From positions 134,230,001 through 134,294,000 of the forward strand of contig OX597818.1 in NCBI GenBank assembly GCA_951406725.2: DNA of 64,000 nucleotides. The letters run 5' to 3'. The position numbers and the translations under genes were made by a program. Positions 36,935-50,338 of this stretch are shown piece by piece (position 1 is the stretch's first letter; each line of letters starts with the position of its first letter). Under the pieces are notes generated by a model that saw only the letters and a list, made by a program, of their open reading frames with translations, did not search any database and was not told the origin of the DNA. The DNA comes from Octopus vulgaris (lineage: Eukaryota).

Positions 36935-37960
36935 TAATATATATAAAATTGAGTTTGTGTGTTTGTGTGTGTGTCTGTGTGTGTACCGATGTGTCTCTGT
37001 GTGTGTAGACATTTATGTCTTTTATAGAAATCCATATTCAATGTTTGATTGGCCTCAAATTTTATACACATATTCCATAAGGTCAGAGCTAGGTCATGCC
37101 GAATAAATTACCCCCATGATCTGCACGCATGATAGGGGGCGTAGACATAAAGTTACCTTATGCGCACGTGTGTTACTGAACTTTTGTTCACGCTTTAATT
37201 GCTCCGTTTTACACGTTAATGTGTTATTTTGGGGGAAGAGAGAAAAATGGCTCATGCACTAACACGTTTTGCACCTCTAGCTACCCTTTTGACACGTTTT
37301 TTGGCCCAGTAAATGAAACATTTACCCTTTCTTTGCCAGGGTTCAATGTAATGCTACCTTAATGCCGGCACTTACGGAGCAACATGAGAAAGTATAACTG
37401 CGCCTTTCAGATGACATCATTTGGTGCAAATATCGTTAGGGAAGGCAACTTCATGCCTACATTTAAAATTCAGGGGCAGATTTATCACAGAATTGAACCC
37501 CTTCTACCTGCTGCCAACAAAACACCGCAGTTCCTCCATGTGTACTTTGTCGGTGACTACGAAACAGAAGCGGCACGTTGAAGAACTATCTCCCCCGGCA
37601 CAAATTTTGAAGTAATTCTTCAACTCCAGGAAATGTTGCACATGCATAACTCTTACGTAAAGAGCTTTAAGTATGCCTTGGAATTTCCATCAGTGCCGGA
37701 CTTCACAGTGGTTTTTGACGCTGACAAACGGCCGGCAAACGGCCGGCAAACGGCCTTTCTGGTCGCTACAATGCGCCCAATTGCAACGAAATTGACGTTG
37801 TGCTCGGAGGTGAACAGCACAACCCTCGAAGCATTGTTCTTTCGTGCTGTGACCAAACTGTAAAGCGCATCAACGAGACACACAGAGCATATGATACGCT
37901 CCAATATTCATTTCTTTTTGTGCGCGGAGAAGATGGCTACCACATGGGTCTTCACCAAAC
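36935..37960 (+). mobile_element. Second Helitron 5' part directly abutting the first (N-terminal RepHel fragments)
   Basis: ATATATAAAA+(GT)n start like 34622; YNCAFQMTSFG, FKIQGQIYHRI, RYNAP and YDTLQYSFLFVRGEDGY motifs. Confidence 0.8.
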
Positions 37961-39728
37961 ACGTGACTCCAGGCCACCAAATGCTTTTGCTGCCCTTTGA
38001 ATTCACAGCTGTATTTTTGTATCAAGATTTTCATCATTTTGAACAGAGCTACCAAGTTAGATGAATGAATTGACAACTTGAAGTAACTTTCCCTTAACAA
38101 AAATTTTAGGGGGGTTACAAACAGCACCACATGCAGGTTGATGGTCAAGCCAAAATTAACACAGGCTGAGTCAAATGCAAATACAAGAGATTGCAGACCT
38201 GTTTCAGAAGGACTGACAAGATCGCAATTGTCAGCGTACAAAAGTTCTCGAATGAGTGAAGTAAAAACCTTCGTTTTGAATTTCCGTCTGGTCAGATTAA
38301 AAACATTCTCTGCTGTTTGATATTTTATGTAAATACCCTCCTCAGAGCTTTGAAAAGCATGTGACAATACACCAGCAAAATATATTGCAAAGAGGATGGG
38401 TGCATCAAGGTCTCCTTGTTTTATTCCATTTTCCACAGCATTCAGACAGCCTACCACCAAAATTAACCCTGATCATGTTTACAAATTTTTCTGGGCAATC
38501 TATTTACCTTAGAATTAACCACAGAGCATTTTGATTAACAGTATCAAATGCTTTGCTCAAATCGACAAAGCAATGGTATAGAGCAAGATTCTGTTCAATG
38601 CACTTTTCTTGTAATTGTCTGACAGTAAGGATACAATCAGCTGTGCCCCTGGAGGAACAAAAACCACACTGAGACTCTGACACCATGTTTGGAACTATTA
38701 AGGTATTTAAATGTTTTAACAAAACGTGGGCAAGTACCTTTCCGACTACAAACAAAAGTGAAATCCCACGAAAATTACCACACTGATCCTTTGGCCCCGA
38801 TTTATACAAGGAGGCTAAAATGGAATCAATCCAGCCTTGAGGCACTTTCTCAGTTCTCCAAAGGTGACAAATTAATATATTTAAGAGATCAAGCATTTTG
38901 TCACATTCATATTTCAAGACTTCCGCACAAATTCCATCAGACCCTGGAGACTTATTGTTATTCACAGCTAAATAAATGTCATTTAGAGTTGGTTCAAATG
39001 CCATCTCTTCTATAACTGGAAGGTGTTCAATTTTTTCTACCGTCCTCATGTCAACGGATGATGGTCTATTCAAAAGTGCGGAAAAATGTTCTACCCAACG
39101 CTTATGAATAGAAGCGGCATCAGTCAGAAGAAAATGTCCATTTGCTGTTCTCACTGGAGCTATTGAAGAAGATTTCGGGCCATATACCTCCTTTACATAA
39201 GAGAACAAACCTTTGGCATCATTTCTATCAGCTGCTTCTAGTGCCCTTTTTTGTTCTATCATCCCACCATTCCTGTTTAATTTTCCTTAGAGCAGTTTGC
39301 ACTTTTCTTTTCTGCTTTCTGTAAGCTTCGTTTGAGTTGGGGTTCAAGGACTGAGAAAGAAGTGTATTGCCTAAGTTTTGATTTTCTAAAAGTAGATCAT
39401 GAATTTCTGCTGATCTACCTGAGAACCAGTCACTGGACTTATGTGATTTAAATCCCACTGACAAACTTGCAACCTGAAATACTTTTGCTTGAAATCTTCC
39501 CATAGATTGTTTGGGTCAAGATTGATACTTTCTATAGCATTGTGGAATCTTTGCAAGTTGCTTGATAATTTAAAGTTTGCAACATTTAACTTTTTGGATA
39601 CCTTAGGACCAGACTGTCAATTTTTAGTCATTATTGAAAAATTTATTTTTCCACGCACTAGATGATGGTCAATCCAGTTCTCTGCCCCTCTCATGACCTG
39701 AACACTAGAAATGTCTTTCATGTCACAT
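37955..39728 (-). mobile_element. RTE-clade LINE (end of endonuclease through RT), degraded
   Basis: NFRGISLL, SQCGF, QEKCIEQN, FVDLSKAFDTV, GIKQGD..APILF and LLYADN motifs. Confidence 0.9.
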
Positions 39729-39808
39729 ACTTATAACAAAAGGCTATTCAATAAAATCATCTTATTGCAATTAGTGCTTTGATAAGGCTTATAAATAACT
39801 TTTTTCTC

Positions 39809-40186
39809 TCACTCCGTCGGTTACGACGATGAGGGTTCCGGTTGATCCGATCAACGGAACAGCCTGCTCGTGAAATTAACGTGTAAGTGGCTGAGCACTC
39901 CACAGACACGTGTACCCTTAACGTAGTTCTCGGGGATATTCAGCGTGACACAGAGAGTGACAAGGCTGGCCCTTTGAAATACAGGTACAACAGAAACAGG
40001 AAGTAAGAGTGAGAGAAAGTTGTGGTGAAAGAGTACAGCAGGGATCATCACCATCCCCTGCCGGAGCCTCGTGGAGCTTTAGGTGTTTTCGCTCAATAAA
40101 CACTCACAATGCCCGGTCTGGGAATCGAAACCGCGATCCTACGACCGCGAGTCCGCTGCCCTAACCACTGGACCATTGCGCCTCCA
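39809..40186 (-). mobile_element. SINE family A
   Basis: Full copy; TSD-like TATAAATAACT on both sides. Confidence 0.9.
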
Positions 40187-41035
40187 CACTATAAATAACT
40201 AAATGCATTGATTAGGTAAGCTTTATTCATGTTGGCTTCAGCATCCCCAATAACAGACATCAATGAGTCCTTGGTACTGCGAGTGTGTCTGTTGATTCCT
40301 TCTCGATGACGCTCCAGTTATAGTAACGTCATCCTGAGTTAACCAATCTTACCACTGTCAGTATGCCCACCCTAGTGATGAAGTTAATAGGATAATAACA
40401 GCCGGATGAGAATACAACACAGAAATGGTTTATTCAAGTGTAACGATGGTTGCTTGCAGTATCGCTAAAATTGTATTGATTGGGTATAATACTGAGCTAC
40501 GTAACAGATACCTCTCCAACCGTGCTTGTTTTAGACAGCTGATACTAGCAGTTTCTCATATATTATCACATTGATCACAAAACTAGGACATAATGTCTGT
40601 GGTGACGATTAAACTGAATATGTGTCTTGTAATGAAAGAGTAAAGAACTTCTGGTTGTCGATGCCAGGGAGAGTAAACAAGCATTAATCACTCATTGGTA
40701 AGTGAAATTAATGACTGTCTATTAATTGGAAAGTGATCAGAAACTATTTCACTAGTTCAGTAAACCAGAATGCAACCAGATTCAAAGTGTGTGGAAAATT
40801 TTATACATTTATATGTAATTTATATGCCAACATTTATATGTAATCTTACACTATACTTGTCACTCACCAACATAATACACACATACATGCGTGCATGCAC
40901 GCACGCACACACACACACACACACACACAAGAAGAAAGCAAGAGAAAAGAAACAAATGTCATTCTGATATTTAAACAAACATATTTTCATTTCTCAGTTT
41001 TGAAAATTTTTTCTTTTTCTTTTCTTTCCCAGGTC

Positions 41036-41072
41036 ATGGATATAAAATTTTTCTGTTTGTTGGTGATACTAT
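41036..41072 (+). CDS. First coding exon (signal peptide MDIKFFCLLVIL-) of a putative secreted Ig-like protein
   Basis: Strong polypyrimidine acceptor ...TTTCCCAG|41033, GTCATGG Kozak-like start, donor 41072|GTAAGT (phase 1); candidate upstream non-coding exon donor at 40698. Confidence 0.65.
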
Positions 41073-41348
41073 GTAAGTTACTATTCAGGTTAAATCATTG
41101 TCCATCTGTCCATCCATCCATCCTTAACTCTAACTTTAATCCTAATCCTAACCTTATAAAATCCATTTATCCATCTTGTTGTTATTAACATCCACTTTTC
41201 AATGCTTATATATTTGAGGACAAACTTTTTTGGGGGGGTCATTGCTGCATTTTTTTACTAACTCTGTATAATCTTTGTTCCAGAAAATAATAATGCATGT
41301 GAATATATATACATATATGCATGTATATATATATATTTATATATATAC

Positions 41349-41419
<71 letters not shown>

Positions 41420-41424
<5 letters not shown>

Positions 41425-41708
41425 AGAGACAAAACCACTATTTTGCAAAACAAACAAACTTCATAATTTGAAACTGACTTGTAAATTGGAAGTCCACCTG
41501 AAGATTGTCGATCAAGACAAGAAACAATTGTAGTGGCAGTTTTTTTGACTTTTTATTAAAATTTTATGTATTGATTAAGTCTTTCCTTGTTTGTTTTGCA
41601 AAATAGTGGTTTTGTCTCTAATAATATTATATAATATTTTACTATAAAATTGGATTTAATCCTAAATCTGATTTTTTCCCTGTAAATTTGGATTTATTCC
41701 CTAATATT

Positions 41709-41712
<4 letters not shown>
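41420..41712 (+). mobile_element. Penelope-like pLTR fragment in (TA)n with an inverted 37-bp segment
   Basis: TATTAGAGACAAAACCACTATTTTGCAAAACAAACAA (~41421) is inverted at ~41587-41623; contains a hammerhead; flanked by (TA)n. Confidence 0.65.
41494..41536 (+). ncRNA. Minimal type-I hammerhead ribozyme
   Basis: CCAC-CTGAAGA-TTGTC(GATCAA)GACAA-GAAA-CAATTG-TA-GTGG: complete core, 4-bp stem I, 5-bp stem II, palindromic stem III; predicted cleavage GUA after 41532. Confidence 0.85.
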
Positions 41713-41756
<44 letters not shown>

Positions 41757-41777
41757 GACGTTAAACGATGATGATGA

Positions 41778-41838
<61 letters not shown>

Positions 41839-41841
<3 letters not shown>

Positions 41842-42062
41842 CGAGCTGGCAGAAACATTAGCATACCGGGCAAAATGCGTAGCCGTATTTTGTCTGCCGT
41901 TACATTCTGAGTTCAAATTCCGTCGAGGTCGACTTTGCCTTTCATCCTTTCGGGGTCGATAAATTAAGTACCAGTTACGCACTGGGGTCGATGTAATCGA
42001 CTTAATCCGTTTGTCTGTCCTTGTTTGTCCCCTCTGTGTTTAGCCCCTTGTGGGTAGTAAAG

Positions 42063-42066
<4 letters not shown>
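41839..42066 (+). mobile_element. SINE family B in (TA)n
   Basis: Matches other family B copies. Confidence 0.85.
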
Positions 42067-42110
<44 letters not shown>

Positions 42111-42469
42111 ATGTATGTATATATTATTTATATTATTATTTGATTGAACTCCACACATCCATTTCAAAGTAAGTTTATATGTATATATATATATACACAC
42201 AAATATACCCGGTTTAGTTAGAAGTTTATTCAGATTTTCACTTCCAGTCAACACCTCCATAAGCTTGGCCTTGTGAACAGAAACTATCATGAAGCTCCTC
42301 AGGAACTGACCAATGACCAAGCTCAACAACATATGAACATTTACAAGCAACTGCTAACAAATCCATGAGATATGCCTAAACTGACCTCACCAGTGCTGGT
42401 ACCACATAAAAAGCACTCAGTCCATTCTGTAAGTTGACATTAGGAAGAGCATTCAGTCACAGAATCCAT

Positions 42470-42961
42470 CATCATTCATTCATTGTTCGACCGTGGTCGA
42501 GACAATGGAATTTACCATGCTACGCCAGACTTCACGGTCCATCATGGCATTACGGAAGTCCTGTTGCTGGATGCCTGTATCCCTGGAGATTACATCAGGG
42601 TAGGAGAGTGTGCGCCCTCTGGTATTGCGAGTAGATGGCTTCCAGAGGAGAAGAGTAGAAATTACTTCTTTTTCAGCTCTACAACAATGTCCAGCAAACT
42701 GGACTCTCCTACCTTTCACAAGAGATGACACAGGTGGTAGTTTCCCATATATTTGCATTTTGGTTGGATGGCGCTTCCACGAGAGATTTTGAGCTCTCAT
42801 AAGGAGGCGAGTGTAGGTTCCATCCAACCGCCTCTCTCAAGCTTCTTTGATAACGTCCAGGTTTCTGAGCCATATAGTAGAATTGCTTTGACTGTGGCTT
42901 TGAAGATTTCAAGTTTGAAGTCTCTATTTAGATTTGATGACCAGATCTTATGCATGTCATT
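42470..42961 (-). mobile_element. Young RTE-like LINE 3' fragment
   Basis: Reverse complement of 2548-3040; TSD ACAGAATCCAT on both sides. Confidence 0.85.
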
Positions 42962-43099
42962 ACAGAATCCATACCAAAACAGGCAGTGAAGTCTGGTGCA
43001 GTTTTCTCGCTTGCCAGCTCCTATCAAACCGTCCAGCCCAAGCCATCATGGAAAACAGTTGTGTGATGATGATGTGCATGTGTGTGTATATTAGTTATG

Positions 43100-44385
43100 T
43101 TTGATAAAAAATAACTTATTTACTTAGATTTTAAAATTATCTCCTTCAAAATAGTCACCTTGCACAGAAATACATCAGTCCCAGCATTCCTGCCACTTTT
43201 GGAATCCAGCGTGGGAGTCATTTTCCGTAAGCGTGTTTAGGATCTTCTGCGATTCACCCATGATCTTGACAACGGTGTTAAAATGGTGACCTTTGAGGTG
43301 CAGTTTCATCTTAGGGAAGCGATAGAAATCTGCAGGTGCTAAATCTAGCAAATAGAGCAGGTGCAGAAGTGATACCATGTTGTTTTTGGTGAGAAATTTA
43401 CATGTGAGGAGGACTAGGTACATTGTTATAATAATGTAATAATAATAATAATGAAATTATTGTATACAGTGCTCAGGTGCACCACAACTTGTCAGAAAGT
43501 GCATATAAAGTACATGCAGTAATGTAGAAATGTCTGGAAAGCGAACAATGTATGAGTCAGATACATGCTTGTGTGTGTATGGAGGGGAGAAAATCAGATG
43601 GTAGTGTTGGCGAATCTCAGGAAGCATGGAAGTTTTGAAGGATGCAGTGCTCCGACAACTAACAACTGATGCCGGCAGTTTGTGCCATGCTTCAGCAACT
43701 CTCAGCGTGAAAAAATGTTTCCTGAAGTCATGGGAGCTGTGCTGTTTTCTTCCTTTGTAAATATGTCCACGGGTGTTAGATGGGTGGAGTTTGAAAAGGT
43801 GCTCAGAGTTATTGTTTGTACAATGGTTGATAATTTTATGGGTGTCTGCCAAGTCATGTTGTCATGAAGAATCCAATTCCTCATGGATATTAGGATTGCC
43901 TGCATGGACCCATATGACAGAAGCAACAACTTCAGCAATGTCATTGATTGTACTCTGAAGATTCTCATGCAGAAGCTGACAAATTTTCTCTACATTTCCA
44001 GGAGTTAAGCTTGTGGCAGGTCTTCTAGATCACTCATCGTCTTTCAGTAATGTTCTTCCGCTTCTGAAGTGCCCATGCCACTTGAAACATTAGGTACAAT
44101 CTATTGCATTATTGCTGTAAGCTTGCCAAAGCATGCTCAATGTCTCTGTAGCAGACTTCCTAGATTTATTGCAAAATTTCATGTTGTCTCCTTATTCCAA
44201 CTTCCTGTTCGTGACAAAAATCACAGAATACAACATACATGTGATCACAAAAACACAAATTTCATAACTTGTGACATAAATACAATGATGTCACTCAGCA
44301 CACTGCCTCAGGATGGTCACTTCTAGCTCTCATCCGTTGGTATGTTACAGAAGTAGTCTGAAAATCTTTTGATACTACCTCATAT
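43100..44385 (-). mobile_element. Degraded mariner transposon interrupted by a CR1 fragment (43450-43852)
   Basis: HLLYLLDLAPADFYRFPKMK...FQKWQECWD resembles the mariner HPPYSPDLAPSDF motif. Confidence 0.7.
43450..43852 (-). mobile_element. CR1 LINE 3' fragment
   Basis: Reverse complement of 1155-1560. Confidence 0.85.
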
Positions 44386-44664
44386 AAGCCAAGGGAAACC
44401 ACAGTTGTGCCCATTACTAGTGTCATGTAAATGGCACCTGTGCCTGTGGAATGTAAAAAGCACCCATCACACTCTCAGAGTGGTTGGCATTAGGAAGGGC
44501 ATCCAGCCATAGAAACCATGCCAAATCAGACTGGAACCTGGTGCAGCTTTCTACCAGTTCCAGTCAATTCATCTAACCCATGCCAGCATGGAAAGCTGAC
44601 GTTAAGTGGTGGTGATGATGATGATGATGTATATATAAATACACACACACACACATACATACAA

Positions 44665-44705
<41 letters not shown>

Positions 44706-46247
44706 CATATATATGATGGTCTTCCTTTAGTGTTCATCTACCAAACCAAATCCACTAACAACTCTTTGGTTGATCTGGTATTATAGTAAAAGGTGCCATG
44801 GAGAAGGACTGAACCCAAGCCATGTGCTTGAGAAGTAAACTTTTCGACAATACTGCCATGCCTGCCCATGTATAAATAAGGTTAAAAATATCACTTTTAT
44901 TATGTTATTATCTATATAATTCAGTTAGTTTTCTTTTTATTATTTAAAAATTTTATTTATATGTTCTTATTGATAAAACTGATGGATCACAATATAGTTA
45001 AGCTAAAAGTGTGTATCAAGGCACACAACTCTCTTCCTACTTCTTTTCTGGTTATCAGCCAACCTCATGCTTTACAGTATCTTCCTTTGACCTTTTATGT
45101 TTGGCAAAATTCAGGAAATTTTAATGAATGTACTCCTCTAGATCATGATAAACTGAGTATTGGACATATTCCTGAGAAGCAGTCCCACCACTGGTTCCAC
45201 TGAAGGTCTTCTAATCTTATGACAAATCTGACAAGAGCCACCGATCTCTTAAATTAGTTCTAGAAAGTCATCATCTTTGAATGTAATTTAGGGCACCAGT
45301 TTTTCCTTTGAAGTATGAGCTAGCTTACTAAGGAATTTTTCAGTTTTCTTCCTTCTCTTCACAACACTGATTTAGATTTTTTTTTTTACATGTAATACAG
45401 TTTGTCAGGTGCAGGAATACAACTACAACCTGATGATGTGGTTTTCAGTTTTACACAACAAACCAAATTCAAACTATGATCATTTTTTAACATCCAACAC
45501 CATTCAACCAGTTTTCATAGATCTATGGCTTAAAAGATAAGCAAAATAGCTTCCGCAATGTCAGCTTCAATATAAGCTCAAACTCTTCCTATAGTAACTG
45601 GAAAATTGACCACCTTATTAAACTTCACCATCTCTCATGATTGTCACCATCATCATTTGTCTGCTTTCCATGCTGATATGAGTTGGATGGTTTAACAGGA
45701 TCCAGTGAGCTGCAAGGTCACTCAAGCTCCAGTGATTTCTATAGCTGAATGCCCTTCCTAATGCCCACCATTTTACAATGTGTACTGAGTGATTTCTTTT
45801 TCATACCTCTGACACTTGTGAGGTTGCCATGTAACTTGCAAGAATGAATAAGAACAGAGAAAAAGGGAAAGGAACAAGTTCCTATTATTAAGAGGAGAGG
45901 ATTTAAAAGAAGAAGGTGGAGGTGGACGGCTTTATGCCAGGTGAGGAAATGCTAAAGTATGAGAGGGACAAGTACAGAAGTACAGAAGAAGATAAAAAGA
46001 AAAGTAGTGAGGGTGTGTTAGAGCAAACTTTCGAGGTAAAGAGGGTGGGCATACTGACAGTGGACCATGGGAGAGAATGAGAGAGTGAATGCCTTTATAA
46101 GAGTGTGAGTGGGAAGTAACAGATTGGAACAGATGGGGGTAAAGGTGAATACAGTGAGTGATAAACAAGAGTGGCTGTGCAATTGAAGGGAACTACAATG
46201 TGCAAGGTGTAGGAGCAGTGGAAACAGAGGTATAGATATACATGATG

Positions 46248-46632
46248 GTAACTCTGAGCACCTTTTCAAACTCCACCCATCTAACACCCGTGGACATATT
46301 TACAAAGTCAGAAAACAGCACAGCTCCCATGACTTCAGGAAACATTTTTTCATGCTGAGAGTTGCTGAAGCATGGAACAAACTGCCGGCATCAGTTGTTA
46401 GTTGTTGGAGCACTGCATCCTTCAAAACTTCCATGCTTTCTGAGATTCGCCAACACTACACCTGATTTTCTCCCCTCCATACACACACAAGCATGTATCT
46501 GACTCATACATTGTTCGCTTTCCAGACATTTTTACATTACTGCATATACTTTATATGCACTTTCTGACAAGTTGTGGTGCACCTGAGCACTATATACAAT
46601 AATTTCATTATTATTATTATTATTATTATTAT
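46248..46632 (+). mobile_element. CR1 LINE 3' fragment with (ATT)n tail
   Basis: Matches 1197-1565. Confidence 0.85.
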
Positions 46633-46838
46633 TTATAGTAAGTGGTGCATGATGATAGATATGAGACAGCATTGGGAAAGAAAGCAGACAACAGAGATGT
46701 TTAGAGTGGAGTATAGCAGAGGGAAAAGAACAGTGGCTGAAAGTACAGTGAGGAGGTGATTGGGAGAAATGGTTTGGGCAGGGACAAGAAGGGTGGAGGA
46801 GGAGGTGTTCATTAAGGAGTTGGGTTGTAGTATATACT

Positions 46839-47070
46839 TATTTCTTTATTACCCACAAGGGGCTAAACATAGAGGGGACAAACAAGGACAGACATAGGTA
46901 TTAAGTCGATTACATCGACCCCAGTGCGTAACTGGTACTTAATTTATCGACTCCGAAAGGATGAAAGGTAAAGTCGACCTCGGTGGAATTTGAACTCACA
47001 ACGTAACGGCAGACGAAATACCGCTAAGCATTTCGCCCAGCGTGCTAACGTTTCTGCCAGCTCGCCGCCT
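46839..47070 (-). mobile_element. SINE family B
   Basis: Full copy; TSD GTTGTA(G/A)TATATACT. Confidence 0.9.
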
Positions 47071-47426
47071 AGTTGTAATATATACTGATTCTGTTCTCAG
47101 GTGATTGCAGTAGTCAATAGTACCATAGAAGCAGTGGGGCAATAGATGTGAGGGGAAATGCTTGACATGCCAGAAAGAGAGAGATGAAGAGAAATTAGGG
47201 CTCCAATGTACAAGTATGACAGAGTTGAGTTTAACTGAGTTGTGATCTTTATTTGCAAAACAGAAACTTCTGTTAGGTCCCCTAATCTTCACAAAATCTT
47301 TATCTATCAAGAAACTCTTAGTCTATCAAGAAATACTTCTAACCAATAGTATGAGTACAGATAGTCTAACACTGCCATAACTCTGTGTATCAGAGACATT
47401 GATCAGAATATCTTCATAAAAAATAT

Positions 47427-47820
47427 GCTGTGTAGTAAGTAGCTTGCTAACCAACCACATGGTTCCGGGTTCAGTCCCACTGCGTGGCATCTTGGGCAAG
47501 TGTCTTCTGCTATAGCCCCGGGCCGAACAATGCCTTGTGAGTGGATTTGGTAGACGGAAACTGAAAGAAGCCTGTTGTATATATGTATATATATATATAT
47601 GTGTGTGTTTGTGTGTCTGTGTCTGTGTTTGTCCCCCCTAGCATTGCTTGACAACCAATGCTGGTGTGTTTACGTCCCCGTCACTTAGCGGTTCGGCAAA
47701 AAAGAGACCGATAGAATAAGTACTGGGCTTACAAAGAATAAGTCCTGACTAAAGGCGGTGCTCCAGCATGGCCGCAGTCAAATGACTGAATCAAGTAAAA
47801 GAGTAAAAGAGTAAAAGAGT
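47427..47820 (+). mobile_element. SINE family C
   Basis: Matches the family consensus. Confidence 0.85.
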
Positions 47821-48091
47821 AATATATACTTGATCAGAATCCATGATTGCATTAACATGCTTCTTAATACGGTCTCTGATAAAATGCTTTATGGATATAC
47901 ATTTGAAATATTTCACTATCTTTTCATCAGTGTTTGTGGGATTTGATCTATTACCATGATCAGATCGCCTATTAATTCTTCCGTTCTCTATAAAATTACC
48001 TACATCCTCTCCATCAATTAGGCCTGTAGCAGTTTTCGTTCAATCTTCTCAACTGTGCAATACACTCACTTATTAAATTTCTTCAAATACC

Positions 48092-48323
48092 TATTTCTTT
48101 ACTACCCACAAGGGGCTAAACACAGAGAGGACAAACAAGGACAGACAAACGGATTAAGTCGATTATATCGACCCCAGTGCATAACTGGTACTTATTTAAT
48201 CGACCCCGAAAGGATGAAAGGCAAAGTCGACCTCTGTGGAATTTGAACGTAGAACGTAACGGCAGACGAAATGCGGCTAGGCATTTCGCCTGGCATGCTA
48301 ACATTTCTGCCAGCTCGCCGCCT
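48092..48323 (-). mobile_element. SINE family B
   Basis: TSD TTCAAATACC at 48082-48091 and 48327-48336. Confidence 0.9.
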
Positions 48324-48584
48324 TTGTTCAAATACCTTCTTGAAGTACCTTTATGCAATCATGAGATACATGCTTGCTTTTCAGTTTCTTCCAATATGTT
48401 TATAGCATTAAGAATAAAGAATGCCTGAGCACTTTCTGATAAAGAAGTCTGAATTTTAATAAAATAGCATTAAAACTTATGCTCAGTGGTCTTCAGGAAG
48501 AATAAATCTTTTCAAATCCATGTATGCTTTTGTTTGTGTCATTCTCAAGATAAATTTCATGAAGCTTATGAGTAATAAATTATA

Positions 48585-48912
48585 ATAATAATAATGATAA
48601 TGAAATTATTGTATACAGTGCTCAGGTGCACCACAACTTGTCAGAAAGTGCATATAAAGTACATGCAGTAATGTAGAAATGTCTGGAAAGCGAACAATGT
48701 ATGAGTCAAATATATGCTTGTGTGTGTATGGAGGGGAGAAAATCAAGTGTAGTGTTGGTGAATCTCAGAAAGCATGGAAGTTTTGAAGGATGCAGTGCTC
48801 CGACAACTAACAACTGATGCCGGCAGTTTGTTCCATGCTTCAGCAACTCTCAGCGTGAAAAGATGTTTCCTGAAGTCATGGGAGCTGTGCTGTTTTCTGA
48901 CTTTGTAAATAA
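48585..48912 (-). mobile_element. CR1 LINE 3' fragment
   Basis: Reverse complement of 1245-1560; TSD-like AAGCTTAT.AGTAATAAATTAT. Confidence 0.85.
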
Positions 48913-49250
48913 GCTTATCAGTAATAAATTATGAAGCTTATCAGTAATAAATTCCAGTGCCTTTACCATTAGTCACTGACTGTTATGTTACATAAACATT
49001 CATATGTTAATACATATGATAAAAATGGCTACTCTTTGTTTAGCTTTTTTTTGTTGGTTTTTTGGGGGGGAAATCCATAGTATCAAATATATTCAAGTTT
49101 CGTTTCTATTCCATGCAAGCAATTGACATTAGACAATATTGAATGTTGCCTTGTGAAATTCACCAATTGTATCAGAAATAATATTTCTCATCGGACTAGG
49201 ATTAACAGCACTGTTTGCTACCACTGTTATATCCTCATAGATTACCACGG

Positions 49251-49627
49251 CACTCCGTCGGTTACGACGACGAGGGTTCCAGCTGACCCAATCAACGGAA
49301 CAGCCTGCTCGTGAAATTAACGTGTAAGTGGCTGAGCACTCCACAGACACGTGCACCCTTAACATAGTTCTCGGGGATATTCAGCGTGACACAGAGAGTG
49401 ACAAGGCCGGCCCTTTGAAATACAGGTACAACAGAAAGAGGAAGTAAGAGTGAGAGAAAGTTGTGGCTAAAGAGTACAGCAGGGTTCGCTACCATCCCCT
49501 GCTGGAGCCTTGTGGACATTTAAGTGTTTTCGCTCAATAAACACTCACAACACCCGGTCTAGGAATCGAAACCGCATTCCTATCACCGCGAGTCCGCTGC
49601 CGTAACCACTGGGCCATTGCGCCACCA
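49251..49627 (-). mobile_element. SINE family A
   Basis: Full copy; TSD CCTCATAGATTA. Confidence 0.9.
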
Positions 49628-49811
49628 CCCTCATAGATTAAACAATATCTCAATGGCCATTGTTTACATTCACAACCGCTTAACAACTGCTGAACAGCAG
49701 GCAGCTGGAGTAGGGGCAATAACTCATTGTATATAAATGGGAGATAACTCAATATCAATACATGTGGTCTTATACAAATGGTAGAGGAAGGCTATAAAGA
49801 AGGTGGTTGAA

Positions 49812-50227
49812 GGGCGGCGAGCTGGCAGAAACGTTAGCGCGCCGGGCGAAATGCTTCGCGGTATTTCGTCTGTCGCTACGTTGTGAGTTCAAATTCCGCT
49901 GAGGTCGACTTTGCCTTTCATCCTTTCGGGGTCGATAAATTAAGTACCAGTTACGCACTGGGGTCGATGTAATCGACTTAATCCGTTTGTCTGTCCTTGT
50001 TTGTCCTCTCTGTGTTTAACCCCTTGTGGGTAATAAAGAAATAGGTATTTCGTCTGTCGTTACGTTCTGAGTTCAAATTCCGCCGAGGTCGACTTTGCCT
50101 TTCGTCCTTTCGGGGTCGATAAATTAAGTACCAGTTACGCACTGGGGTCGATGTAATCGACTTAATACCTATGTCTGTCCTTGTTTGTCCCTTCTATGTT
50201 TAGCCCCTTGTGGGTAGTAAGGAAATA
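49812..50227 (+). mobile_element. Head-to-tail SINE family B dimer
   Basis: Junction AAAGAAATA|GGTATTTCGTCTG at 50043/50044; outer TSD AAAGAAGGTGGTTGA. Confidence 0.85.
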
Positions 50228-50338
50228 TACAAAGAAGGTGGTTGAGTAATATAAAGAAATGGACAAAATCTATGATGATCTTTATTCAATCCCTTCAATT
50301 TTGTCCCAATTGATTTCGAATTTGGTGCATTGATGTAG

